Shown in pieces: positions 1 through 8,866 of a DNA stretch of 29,161 bases. The DNA comes from a virus (Duplodnaviria; Caudoviricetes): IMG/VR virus record IMGVR_UViG_3300044513_000330, positions 1 to 29,161 of that record. The stretch is one strand, 5' to 3'. The translations under genes and the position numbers were made by a program. Below the pieces are notes generated by a model. That model was not told where the DNA came from. It searched no databases and saw nothing but the letters and a program-made list of their open reading frames with translations. How positions within the stretch are numbered: position 1 is the stretch's first letter; each line of letters starts with the position of its first letter.

Positions 1-404
1 CGGACTGACTCTACTTTAGTACCATCTTCAAACAGTGTGTAACCATTACATGTATTCATGTAGAGGATAGATGTCTTTAGATATGGACGATCGTCAGCAT
101 CCATAACATCAATGTGCATACCATGTTCCACCAGTTTATCTGTACCAAGCAAGAAGTTTGCCTTCACTTTCAGTAACGCATAGGGTTGTACTTTCTGAAG
201 GACAGGATACAATAGTTCAATACTACTGTCAACAGGTGACAATCTTTCGTAGAACATGTGAACCATTTGTATATTACGTTGATGATTGTTGCCGTTGTCA
301 TCAACAATCTTTGAAATAGTCCATGGAAAGAATGCTCCTATCATGGTTTTTTGTAGATGTCCAAAGTCTCCTGGTTCCAGGAAATCATCAATAATTTCTA
401 TCAT
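1..404 (-). CDS. 2OG-Fe(II) oxygenase superfamily protein (3' end runs off the window; missing from the ORF track)
   Basis: Manual translation from ATG at 404, which overlaps the upstream TGA (ATGA): MIEIIDDFLEPGDFGHLQKTMIGAFFPW...LLKVKANF...EHGMHIDV...KTSILYMNTCNGYTLFEDGTKVES. It has the HxD iron motif and the 'ILYxNxxxGxTxF' strand typical of cyanophage 2OG oxygenases. Confidence 0.85.
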   Translation of the reverse strand, partial: MIEIIDDFLEPGDFGHLQKTMIGAFFPWTISKIVDDNGNNHQRNIQMVHMFYERLSPVDSSIELLYPVLQKVQPYALLKVKANFLLGTDKLVEHGMHIDVMDADDRPYLKTSILYMNTCNGYTLFEDGTKVESV

Positions 405-2131
405 CGTTCAATAACAATAATATAGACTCCATTCCACCAATCGTCTACATCTTCAGGTGTCTCAGTTGTAATCAGTCGCTTAAATGCAACATGCTTATCT
501 CTCAAGAACTCATCAGTTGCTGACACTACACCCTCAAAGTTTGCATCATCAACAACCAACACATATCCATCACTAGCACATTGATTATGAATATGTTGCA
601 GGTTTGCCCTCATATGATTAGGTTCATTCTCTGCATCATAGAAAACAACCTTCGGAGCATAGTCAGGATTAAACTCAACCTGTGCAATAGGTTTGGCAAC
701 AAGACCAACAGCACAGTTTGGATTGTACCACTTGTTATAGTTTTCTACAAATGTTTCTGCAGGATTCTCTACCTTGAAATCATTACGCAGTTCTTTACGC
801 ATAGGGTAGACAGTCTCATCAGAGAAGTCATCAATAGCATATGCCTTTACTGCTTCGTTACCCATCAACGCAGCAATCAATGTGCTACCTGTATAACATC
901 CAACGTCAGCATATACTGTACCACGTTCACTGCATAAGTTATTCAGTAAATGTCTCACCTTACTAGAAGATAGACCCTTTACATCATATCCTTCTGGTCT
1001 GAAGTTAGAGTTATTATCACATGCACCATCAATAGCACGAGTGACACGTTCTACGAGAGGATTCAATTTAGCACGCTCCTGTTTCTTCAGTTTCGATTCT
1101 ACTACAGACTCACAGAAGTTACAATCCCAACAATCAAACTTACAGTGTTTGATTTTATTTCTCCACAGATTGATTGGTGACTGTGGCATGTCAAGATCTA
1201 CCATGTAGTCTTTGAACTCTGGATACATCAGTTCATCACCATTGTCCCATCGTTCAATAATATCTAGGGACTCTCTAAGGCGCATAGCATCCTCTCTACC
1301 ATGCAGTTTGAATACATCGATGCCATTATCTAAGAACCATTGCCAATCCTCTCTCCAGGGCGGCAGATTAGCACGTTTAAGTTCTACTGATGGATCATAT
1401 GCATCCCAACGTGAACATGAGATACGACTAATCTCACTATTGAAATACTGAGGTTCTGTACCAGTTCTTGTCGAGTTGTACTGATAATGCTCAGGCATAA
1501 TAGGACAACCACCCCAACAATGTTCGTTCACGAGTAACGACAACTCAATCGGGTTACCTTTATCTGCACAGTATTCTTTCGCATCCATGATACGAACCAA
1601 GGCATCTTGATCACGCATGATGTCACGATCCAGATTAATATAATGAAACCCAGCACTAGCAAGAGTGACAATCTCGTTAGGTTTGACCACCTCACGCAGG
1701 ATAGTATTCTTAATCTTTAGATCAGGATATTCTTTCTGGATTTGTCCTGTCATCACCCATGATGTATGGGGTAGAGTAACAGTTCTAACACCAGAATCAT
1801 AGAGGAACTTAAAGTTCGCAATCCATAAGTCTAAGTTCTTCTGATCTGGACGCACCCAAATGTTATTGAATGTTGCAGACAAAGGAATACCTGTTGCCTC
1901 AGAGATTGCCAGGGCATTCTTTGCAGAATCCTTTGCACTCTTCGTTGTCTTGAATACATCACCCATCGCATCTTGCGTAAAGGGTGGCATCCTAGATGTG
2001 AAGTATAGATCGTAAATCAGGTGCTTATATTTGTTGAGGAAAGGAATGAATCCCTCCTCAATATAACCAGGATCAAGTTTTGGGTTTATCGGCAGACTGA
2101 AGACGGCGGTCTGCGACGTTGTTTTCGACAT
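401..2131 (-). CDS. Fusion of a peptidase U32-family-like (Fe-S hydroxylase-type) domain and a C-terminal class I SAM-dependent methyltransferase (Methyltransf_24-like)
   Basis: N-terminal about 350 aa carry U32-like motifs INLDRDIMRD, LLVNEHCWGGCP, ISC, DVFKLHGRE and a terminal CKFDCWDCNFC. C-terminal about 200 aa carry YADVGCYTGST (motif I), AYAIDDFS, VVFYDA and VLVVDDANF. The ATG at 2131 (GGAG upstream) is preferred over the ORF-track start at 2158. Confidence 0.75.
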   Translation of the reverse strand: MSKTTSQTAVFSLPINPKLDPGYIEEGFIPFLNKYKHLIYDLYFTSRMPPFTQDAMGDVFKTTKSAKDSAKNALAISEATGIPLSATFNNIWVRPDQKNLDLWIANFKFLYDSGVRTVTLPHTSWVMTGQIQKEYPDLKIKNTILREVVKPNEIVTLASAGFHYINLDRDIMRDQDALVRIMDAKEYCADKGNPIELSLLVNEHCWGGCPIMPEHYQYNSTRTGTEPQYFNSEISRISCSRWDAYDPSVELKRANLPPWREDWQWFLDNGIDVFKLHGREDAMRLRESLDIIERWDNGDELMYPEFKDYMVDLDMPQSPINLWRNKIKHCKFDCWDCNFCESVVESKLKKQERAKLNPLVERVTRAIDGACDNNSNFRPEGYDVKGLSSSKVRHLLNNLCSERGTVYADVGCYTGSTLIAALMGNEAVKAYAIDDFSDETVYPMRKELRNDFKVENPAETFVENYNKWYNPNCAVGLVAKPIAQVEFNPDYAPKVVFYDAENEPNHMRANLQHIHNQCASDGYVLVVDDANFEGVVSATDEFLRDKHVAFKRLITTETPEDVDDWWNGVYIIVIER

Positions 2132-2945
2132 AATCAGTGAATACTCCAGCGGTGTCAAACATTTCAGGTGGGCGTCCTTCTAACATACTCTCAACTTTCT
2201 CCTCTGCATTTGCTTTGAACTTACCAATGCAATGATTTAGTGCAGTAGAATATGTAAGAGCAAGGTCTGTAACTGCTGCTTGATCTTCAGGATTCATTTG
2301 CAACATAGATTCCAGATTACCTGCTTGGATTCTACCAGTAGTTAGCAGATCAATAGCAGATTGTTTTGCCATACGAGCAATCCAATACTTATGCTCTTCT
2401 TCCTCTACAATGTTGGGATCATCAAACTGTTTTGTGATTGCTTCGATGTCATCAGTGCCAGAGCGTTCTTTAATGATACGCAGGAACTGTTCAATCTCTT
2501 CTTTACATTGACGCAGTTTATTCAACCAAATTTGAGTATCGAGTTTGCAGATTTCAATCTGACACTCAATATCATAACGCTCAAACTCATTTTCTTCTGC
2601 ATCACGTTCTGCTTCAAGACGTGCAATATCATTCAGATTGCGACGATATTGAATCGTAACTTTCTGAAGAGAATTAGTTCTTGCTTGCAACTCCATGATT
2701 GCTTGACGCATCTGTCGCCAAGGAGTTACATGTGATTGCACAACATAATAACGATTTTGAAACTCACTCTGACCAAAAGGAACTTGGTCAGACCATTGCA
2801 TCAATGCTTTGTCAAAGTTATCCAACTCCCATGGGGAGATGTTTTCTAACTGATCTAGAGTTTGATCGATTGTATGACGGAAATCAGAAGCGGATTCCGT
2901 AGACAAAGGGTTCTTTTCTTTCGATGTTTCCTGTTTCATCATCAA
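2073..2945 (-). CDS. Conserved hypothetical coiled-coil protein in the fibre cassette
   Basis: 290-aa ORF with a heptad-rich helical centre (RQAIMELQARTNSLQKV...LNDIARLEAE). It overlaps both neighbours; the exact start is uncertain. Confidence 0.7.
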   Translation of the reverse strand: MMMKQETSKEKNPLSTESASDFRHTIDQTLDQLENISPWELDNFDKALMQWSDQVPFGQSEFQNRYYVVQSHVTPWRQMRQAIMELQARTNSLQKVTIQYRRNLNDIARLEAERDAEENEFERYDIECQIEICKLDTQIWLNKLRQCKEEIEQFLRIIKERSGTDDIEAITKQFDDPNIVEEEEHKYWIARMAKQSAIDLLTTGRIQAGNLESMLQMNPEDQAAVTDLALTYSTALNHCIGKFKANAEEKVESMLEGRPPEMFDTAGVFTDYVENNVADRRLQSADKPKT

Positions 2946-3639
2946 CTATGCATCTGTTGTATTCTAAACATTGTTGGTTGGACATTGCCACACCAAAGTA
3001 ATCTTCAAGGAACACATTTACTTCTGCCATGTTTGAACATGCCTTCAGTTTTGTGCTTACAGATTGCTCACTTACAGCAAGATCATAAACAGAGTCTTTC
3101 CACTCATTATGTTTCTCAACCACTTTAGCAGCAAAGTCTGCCAGTGTCAATCCCCTAAGTTCTGCTAATCTGTCAATCAGTTTGACAGTTACAGTATTAT
3201 CCTCAAGATATGCAGTTGCTTCAGCAAACTGGTCATCCCAGGTTGCATCTTCCAACGTACTATATTTAGAACGTAAAGCAACGTATCTTCTTTCAAAAAT
3301 CTCTTGAGTTGCAAGACGGATTACCGCCTTCATGAATGGAATCGTGTGCTCTTTGACGATTGTAGTATCAACTTCTACCTTATCTTTCAGAGTAGTTCCT
3401 TCCTCATTGACACCATAATCAGATTTCTTAAATCTAGTCTCACCCCAATACTTTGCTCCGAATAGGGCATCCTTTGCAGAAAAGCGAAGATATTTGATGT
3501 GTTGAGGAATATAGTCGAAGAATCTATCTTCAAGGTAAAAATATTCCAGTCCTAAGTTACCACCAAGTTTCTCTCCCCACTGTTCAATGTGAGGAAACTT
3601 TTCAAGATCAATAACAATAACGTCGTTAGTATTTGCCAT
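2884..3639 (-). CDS. Putative tail fibre assembly/chaperone protein
   Basis: C-terminal YSTLEDATWDDQFAEATAY...LIDRLAELRGLTLADFAAKVVEK resembles the 'E..TW..Q..EA....L..IA..RG....LA.KV' pattern of phage fibre-assembly proteins. Its start overlaps the stop of the upstream fibre gene (TGATG). Confidence 0.6.
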   Translation of the reverse strand: MANTNDVIVIDLEKFPHIEQWGEKLGGNLGLEYFYLEDRFFDYIPQHIKYLRFSAKDALFGAKYWGETRFKKSDYGVNEEGTTLKDKVEVDTTIVKEHTIPFMKAVIRLATQEIFERRYVALRSKYSTLEDATWDDQFAEATAYLEDNTVTVKLIDRLAELRGLTLADFAAKVVEKHNEWKDSVYDLAVSEQSVSTKLKACSNMAEVNVFLEDYFGVAMSNQQCLEYNRCIVDDETGNIERKEPFVYGIRF

Positions 3640-5033
3640 CAGTAGTTAGGGATATTTGTACCATAATCATATACTGCAGTTCCAGCGTCATTGACACCAG
3701 AGATAGCAGAAGAAGATGAACAGTGTGCAGAACTCATGCCACCATGACCAGTTGGTGGAGAAGCACCACCAAGGTTGTTGTAAGCATCTGTGCCGTAGTT
3801 CACCTTGAAGGTGTTGTTATTCTGAGAACCATTGTAGTTACCTAAGCAGTAACCCTTTCTCATACCCATTTCAAAGTTTTCCTCACCCATGTTACCGAAG
3901 TTCAAACCTCTTGTCTGAAGTCCAGTTGTATCCTCAACACGCTGATTACCATTCTGGTTGTTATTGCCAGTGCCAACATACATGTGACCTAACATCGTGC
4001 CGAGAATCTTCTTCCATCCGTCACCACCAGGACCATTATCCCAGGTGACCCAAGATTCAGTATTCCATACAAGTGCTTGACGTGTTCCACCACGCTTATA
4101 CCAACCTTTCAGTCTTGCGTTACCACCATGTGTGGGGTCATCACCACCATCAGCATGGTTTTGAGGATAACCAGATGTTCTCATAACATCAGTTTTGAGA
4201 TTCATCGAGTCAGTTCTAGCGTTACCACCACCCAGAAGATAAGAATAACCGCCAGCAAATTCATGGTCTTGGAATGAACCCATCGACCCTCTACTAACAG
4301 TCATATCCCAAGAGTTCTGGTGCGTAATACCCGCCTCAGTTGTCATACTGAAACCAGAAGTATAGTTAGAAGAACCTCTGTAAGTGTTCTCCATCGAGTG
4401 GAAATAATGTCTATTATCTGTAAAAGATCCTGCCATATAAGCACCAGATCTATCCAGAGTATCACCCAAGTTTGTTGATGTATCTGTAGCGTGAACTGTA
4501 CGGTTTACGTTTCTCCATGGTGAACCACTTTGGTATCCACCACCAACATAACCGTGCGTCCAGATTCTACTCATGGTCCAACCAGTTGACGCACCAGAAA
4601 TATCCCAGTAAGCATCAGTTCCATCAGAACGTAATACCGCACCTTCGGTGAAGTCTGGACTGTATCTATCGGCAGATTGGTCGGGAAGTCCACCACCTGC
4701 ACCAGCAATAGGACCCCACTCAACAGCATTCGAACCAGCATTAAAGGCATAACCCTCAAATGTTCTGTCTGTGCTGTTATATCTGAACATGCCCTCAATA
4801 GGAGCACCAGATCTTTGTGCAGTAGTACCTACGGGAACGATTACAGAATCAGTAGTGGCAATGTCGAGAGACGCTCTAGGTGTAGTAGTATTAATACCAA
4901 CTTCACTATTTGTACTGTCAACATACAGTGTGCCAGTATCAAAGTTAAAGTTACCACTAGATTCTAACTGAATGGCAGCAGTACCACCACCTCCACCTAA
5001 AGATACTATTCTGTCAACATTTAATTGAGACAT
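3639..5033 (-). CDS. Virion fibre/receptor-binding protein with GTTAQR module and a Gly/aromatic-rich repeat C-terminal domain (possible beta-propeller)
   Basis: Fibre motif TLYVDSTNSEVGINTTTPRASLDI, shared module VPVGTTAQRSGAPIEGMFRYNS, and repeats HGYVGGGY / YSYLLGGG / HMYVGTG / KGYCLGNY. A late promoter lies just upstream. Confidence 0.7.
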   Translation of the reverse strand: MSQLNVDRIVSLGGGGGTAAIQLESSGNFNFDTGTLYVDSTNSEVGINTTTPRASLDIATTDSVIVPVGTTAQRSGAPIEGMFRYNSTDRTFEGYAFNAGSNAVEWGPIAGAGGGLPDQSADRYSPDFTEGAVLRSDGTDAYWDISGASTGWTMSRIWTHGYVGGGYQSGSPWRNVNRTVHATDTSTNLGDTLDRSGAYMAGSFTDNRHYFHSMENTYRGSSNYTSGFSMTTEAGITHQNSWDMTVSRGSMGSFQDHEFAGGYSYLLGGGNARTDSMNLKTDVMRTSGYPQNHADGGDDPTHGGNARLKGWYKRGGTRQALVWNTESWVTWDNGPGGDGWKKILGTMLGHMYVGTGNNNQNGNQRVEDTTGLQTRGLNFGNMGEENFEMGMRKGYCLGNYNGSQNNNTFKVNYGTDAYNNLGGASPPTGHGGMSSAHCSSSSAISGVNDAGTAVYDYGTNIPNY

Positions 5034-5055
5034 TACGGTTCGGAATCCTTCGTAT

Positions 5056-5063
5056 TATTTATG
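5056..5063 (-). promoter_or_regulatory. T4-type late promoter (CATAAATA)
   Basis: NATAAATA on the minus strand, about 22 nt upstream of the ATG at 5033 and overlapping the previous stop codon. Confidence 0.6.
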
Positions 5064-6171
5064 CAGGACGTACTAAGACTACTCCTCTCTTCATGTATGT
5101 ATCTTCGTTTCCACTATCTTGATCGGAATGAATCACACAATGCATATTATGTGCGTAGTTTTGACCCAGGTCGATTGTGTACCATGCGTCACCATTATAT
5201 ACATTTGGTTTAGTTCCACCAGCATTATCTCCAGCAAAAGGAGTAAAGTTTCTTACATACTCACTGGTATAACTATTACCTTCTCTTGACCAACAGGTGA
5301 AACGATCACCCATAAATCCACCAGGATTATTACCTTGTCGTCTATGTGAGGGATGTCGTCCTGCAGTGCTAGGGCAACTGTTGCCATCCTGATTACTTAT
5401 GGCAGCGATATAAGTGAAGATATGCTGACCATCACCATCACCAGAGTTATCTCTCATGATAGTCAAACCGTCACCAACACCGCTACTAATACCCAAGAAG
5501 TTTCTACCGTTTATACCATCATTTGAATAATAGTTATACAGGTTAAACTTACACTTAACATATCGGTAAGAGATACCTCTACGATCCATTGTTGCATACC
5601 TAAAGTCACTACCGCCTACATTTCGATAGTAACCATATGTGCCATTGTTGGCGAAGTTACCTTCAGGAGTTACATCTCCCTGAGTGTTAAGTTCTCTACC
5701 AGAAAGTGCTGACGCTTGAGTACCAAAGAATCTAGAAGCACCACCGCCCCAGTTACCTATCAAAATATAATATGGATGTGACTCTAATGGAACAAAGTAT
5801 TCTCTTGCAGTGCCATCAAAATTCAACCAATAGAATCCATCTTGCTGTAAACCAGCATCATATAATCCCTGAACACTTGTTACTGCTTTACCCTCTGTTG
5901 TTCCTCCTGGTGCGCCATCGGCAGCACCAATAAAAGTTGCCCAGTTACTTCCATCATAAAACTCTAGTTCTCCAAGTTCAGTATTGTACCTCAACATTCC
6001 ACCAACAGGAGAACTAGGTCTCTGTGCAGTTGTGCCTACAGGAACAGAGAAAGATGCGCCACTATCCATCTCAATGTTACCAGCAATGATAAGGTTATCA
6101 TTACCCTCAAGATTGATTTTGAAGTTGTTGTCAGATAATGCTCTGAGTTCGTCTACTCTAATAGTGCTCAT
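5059..6171 (-). CDS. Virion fibre/adhesin with GTTAQRP module and a divergent fibrinogen-like C-terminal domain
   Basis: VPVGTTAQRPSSPVGGMLRYNTELGELEFYDGSNW followed by AVTSVQGLYDAGLQQDGFYWLNFDG; GGAG Shine-Dalgarno sequence upstream. Confidence 0.7.
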   Translation of the reverse strand: MSTIRVDELRALSDNNFKINLEGNDNLIIAGNIEMDSGASFSVPVGTTAQRPSSPVGGMLRYNTELGELEFYDGSNWATFIGAADGAPGGTTEGKAVTSVQGLYDAGLQQDGFYWLNFDGTAREYFVPLESHPYYILIGNWGGGASRFFGTQASALSGRELNTQGDVTPEGNFANNGTYGYYRNVGGSDFRYATMDRRGISYRYVKCKFNLYNYYSNDGINGRNFLGISSGVGDGLTIMRDNSGDGDGQHIFTYIAAISNQDGNSCPSTAGRHPSHRRQGNNPGGFMGDRFTCWSREGNSYTSEYVRNFTPFAGDNAGGTKPNVYNGDAWYTIDLGQNYAHNMHCVIHSDQDSGNEDTYMKRGVVLVRPA

Positions 6172-6179
6172 AGTTCTCC

Positions 6180-7190
6180 TTATTTGACAAAAATAAATCC
6201 AGATCTGGGATAACGAACTGTGCCGTTCCAGCGGAATCCGCCAGCAGCAGCATTTCTGTCACCGCTAGAGTTTTGATTGTTGGTGTAAATGCCGAATCCG
6301 ATTGAAGAGTCGTTAGAGTTACACTCGTTCTCGTTGTTCATAGTAATACCAAATCTCATACCAGTAGAACCAGAATCCTGTCTATAGAATCCCACTCTGT
6401 TACAATAAGGTTGGTTATCCCAGTTGTTTCTATGAACACCAACACTCATCATCCATTGCAAAAAGTCCTCACGATCTGGTTGACTCAAATCCTGTCTAGT
6501 ATTAAATGCTTGTCTAGCAGTAACACCAGTCCTAGGAATGTTTCGATTACCATCAGCATGTAACCAGTTATATCCATTCTCCATTGCCATAAGGAATCCT
6601 GTTGTCAGAGTGTAACCATAGTATCCTCTATTCAAAACGTCACCATTATTCAGGTCCACACTTGAACCCTCATTAGTTGTACTTTGCTGATTCCATCTAG
6701 CACCACTGAATGACCAGGGATTAGATGTATCAGCAGGAGTGTTATTGATCTTGGCAACAAGATGATACCCACCAGCATCCATCATACACCAGGTTCTATA
6801 TGCACCAGTACCATGATTTAACCAGTAAGGTCCATCAGGAGCATTCGGATTAGCAGCAAGAATTGCAGCAGCAGACGATGCAGCATTTCCCTGAGTTTTG
6901 CCGATTTGATTTACTGTAGCACCACCACCAAGACCACCACCAGCATCAAACTGTTTCCACTGAGTACCAGTGTAAATCTCAATCTTATTGTCGCTAGTGT
7001 TAAATCTAGTATATCCTGCTAATGCTGTAGAAGGACGCTGAGCAGTTGTACCTCTAGGTAACTGGAATGCTCCAGTATGATCACTATTAAGTAAACTACC
7101 TTCAATATCAAGTATGTGACCAGCGGGAACCGTCACCTGACCTAAGGTCTGGGTGATTCCCGCTAATCCGCTAATAGAAAGTTTACTCAT
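6180..7190 (-). CDS. Virion fibre/adhesin with GTTAQRP module and a fibrinogen/intelectin-like C-terminal domain
   Basis: LPRGTTAQRPSTALAGYTRFNTSDNKIEIYTGTQW, then AASSAAAILAANPNAPDGPYWL...TWCMMDAGGYHLVAKI (fibrinogen-domain N-terminal signature) and RFGITMNNENECNSNDSSIGFG. Confidence 0.75.
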   Translation of the reverse strand: MSKLSISGLAGITQTLGQVTVPAGHILDIEGSLLNSDHTGAFQLPRGTTAQRPSTALAGYTRFNTSDNKIEIYTGTQWKQFDAGGGLGGGATVNQIGKTQGNAASSAAAILAANPNAPDGPYWLNHGTGAYRTWCMMDAGGYHLVAKINNTPADTSNPWSFSGARWNQQSTTNEGSSVDLNNGDVLNRGYYGYTLTTGFLMAMENGYNWLHADGNRNIPRTGVTARQAFNTRQDLSQPDREDFLQWMMSVGVHRNNWDNQPYCNRVGFYRQDSGSTGMRFGITMNNENECNSNDSSIGFGIYTNNQNSSGDRNAAAGGFRWNGTVRYPRSGFIFVK

Positions 7191-7209
7191 TTCTAGAAAT
7201 ACTTTTCTT

Positions 7210-7217
7210 TATTTATT
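7210..7217 (-). promoter_or_regulatory. T4-type late promoter (AATAAATA)
   Basis: Intergenic NATAAATA about 20 nt upstream of the ATG at 7190. Confidence 0.6.
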
Positions 7218-7220
7218 CTG

Positions 7221-7802
7221 CTATCCAGGAAACTCTTCTACCCAGGCAGTAACAATGTATTTATCTTTATCGAGTGGGGGATTACCTCGGTGTGCCCATG
7301 CCCAATCACAAGGAAAGATTACAAACTTTCCTGCTTTTGGTTTCACTCTATAATGTTGATATAGAAACTCAGTTTCACCACCCTCAAAATCATCGTTTAA
7401 GTACAGCATGGTTGCTAACTTACGATAAGGTGTATTTGGAGTGGACTCATAATGCCACGAATGATATCCTTCACCTGGTCGAGTCTTCTGTATCTTGCAC
7501 ATCGTGTGCTGAAACTTTCTACCGAGAAGAATATCATATCTATTGCAATAATCACGCAATGCTTGATCACATAGAGTATTCCACTGCTGATATACTCTAC
7601 GATTTAGACTATCGTGAAAAAGTTCTACGGGTAACTCATGTACAAACACCTGAGTATCTTTTGCACCACTCTCGGTGTTACGTTTATGTGTCAACCCATT
7701 TTGATTGATAAACTGAAAATATTCAAGTATCTCAGTGCAATCTAGATCTGTTTCAAACTCAGAGATAAAGTTCTTATTATGCAGACATTGTGTAATTCTC
7801 AT
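7221..7802 (-). CDS. 2OG-Fe(II) oxygenase (prolyl 4-hydroxylase-like)
   Basis: YHSWHYE (HxE), RKLATMLYLNDDFEGGETEF, VKPKAGKFVIFP, WAHRG and KYIVTAW form a classic cyanophage 2OG-Fe(II) oxygenase signature. Confidence 0.92.
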   Translation of the reverse strand: MRITQCLHNKNFISEFETDLDCTEILEYFQFINQNGLTHKRNTESGAKDTQVFVHELPVELFHDSLNRRVYQQWNTLCDQALRDYCNRYDILLGRKFQHTMCKIQKTRPGEGYHSWHYESTPNTPYRKLATMLYLNDDFEGGETEFLYQHYRVKPKAGKFVIFPCDWAWAHRGNPPLDKDKYIVTAWVEEFPG

Positions 7803-7990
7803 TCAGACCATTTATTCAAAGGGCACTTGAATATTTTGAATCTTGCTTTGATAGCAAGTACACATCCGCATTTATTGCAGATGCCTACAGGATTCTTATA
7901 TTCACATTCATCACATACTTTAATCCTTTTGCTGTATAAAGTCAAGTCAGAATCTTCATGATCATAACCAATCAGTTTCGCAACAGGCAT
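7799..7990 (-). CDS. Small Cys-rich putative metal-binding protein (DUF6171-like)
   Basis: RIKVCDECE...CNKCGC...K...CPLNKW pattern; coupled to the oxygenase gene by an ATGA overlap. Confidence 0.75.
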   Translation of the reverse strand: MPVAKLIGYDHEDSDLTLYSKRIKVCDECEYKNPVGICNKCGCVLAIKARFKIFKCPLNKWSE

Positions 7991-7993
7991 AAT

Positions 7994-8866
7994 TTATTTA
8001 ACCCATAAGTAACCATCAGAAGCACCGTTTGTATCTTCTCTGAATCCGCAGTTATTACCTTCCTCAGGGTGTCTACCATATGCAAAGTATGTACCGCCTG
8101 ATGTATGGTGGTCACCGAAACCTCTGGTTCCAGTATTGGGACCTCTATCGTCTAAACTACCTTGATAGGTAGTCGAGATTCTAGTTCTCTCATTATCATT
8201 TGATGCACTATCAAGCAAGTTGACAGTTGCAGCACTAGAGATAAAGACACTCTTGTTAAAGTTAAGTGCTTCCATCCAATATGCGGTGCTTCCAGTATAT
8301 GTAGAGGAGTTACGCAGTGCTTGAATCCAAGAGTCTGCCATCTTGGTAGTAGAAGTGTTAGAAGTTCTGGGTCCAGAAGTTGTAGTAATACGAACAGCAC
8401 TATTGTTCATGTGATCTTGACATGTTGATGTTCTAGCAACAACACACAATGTCCATCCACCACCATTTCTATCATTATCAACATACATTTCGTATGCTAC
8501 CTGATTATCAGGTTGAATCCAATAGTTACCAGATGCTAAACCAGCATTAAAGATCTCTACACCACTTCTAGCAGGATTACTCTCAGTGCCAATCTCTGCA
8601 GCAGGAGGTGTCCTAGGAACCCATACACTACCATTATATACTTCAATATCTTCGGTGGTAGTATTCCACCTTACTGCACCTCTTACTGCACCTCTAGCAC
8701 CGTAAGTTGCATTGTCATGATAATTTTGAGTATTAGAAGGCAAAGGCATGTACTGCTGATTCTGAATAATCAGTTGACTTCCAACACCTAACTCACTGTC
8801 ATGATAGAGAGTAACTCGGTAGTTAGGAAAGTTACCCTCTAAGTTACCGACGTTTAACTTTCCCAT
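7994..8866 (-). CDS. Virion fibre/adhesin with a variant module and a fibrinogen-like C-terminal domain
   Basis: GAVRWNTTTEDIEVYNGSVW, then GTESNPARSGVEIFNAGLASGNYWIQP...MYVDNDRNGGGWTL (fibrinogen-like signature). Confidence 0.75.
   Translation of the reverse strand: MGKLNVGNLEGNFPNYRVTLYHDSELGVGSQLIIQNQQYMPLPSNTQNYHDNATYGARGAVRGAVRWNTTTEDIEVYNGSVWVPRTPPAAEIGTESNPARSGVEIFNAGLASGNYWIQPDNQVAYEMYVDNDRNGGGWTLCVVARTSTCQDHMNNSAVRITTTSGPRTSNTSTTKMADSWIQALRNSSTYTGSTAYWMEALNFNKSVFISSAATVNLLDSASNDNERTRISTTYQGSLDDRGPNTGTRGFGDHHTSGGTYFAYGRHPEEGNNCGFREDTNGASDGYLWVK
8670..8693. repeat. Perfect in-frame 12-bp tandem duplication (cttactgcacct x2) encoding RGAV-RGAV
   Basis: Read directly at 8670-8681 and 8682-8693. 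Confidence 0.85.

Noticed and set aside
401-2131. Calling the U32 domain a collagenase/protease or a radical SAM enzyme
   Set aside because: Characterised U32 members are mainly hydroxylation factors, and the Cx3Cx2C-like string lies at the domain's C-terminal end rather than in the N-terminal radical SAM position.
3639-8866. Diversity-generating retroelement acting on the Asn-rich fibre tips
   Set aside because: No reverse transcriptase and no near-identical template/variable repeat pair is visible in the window.
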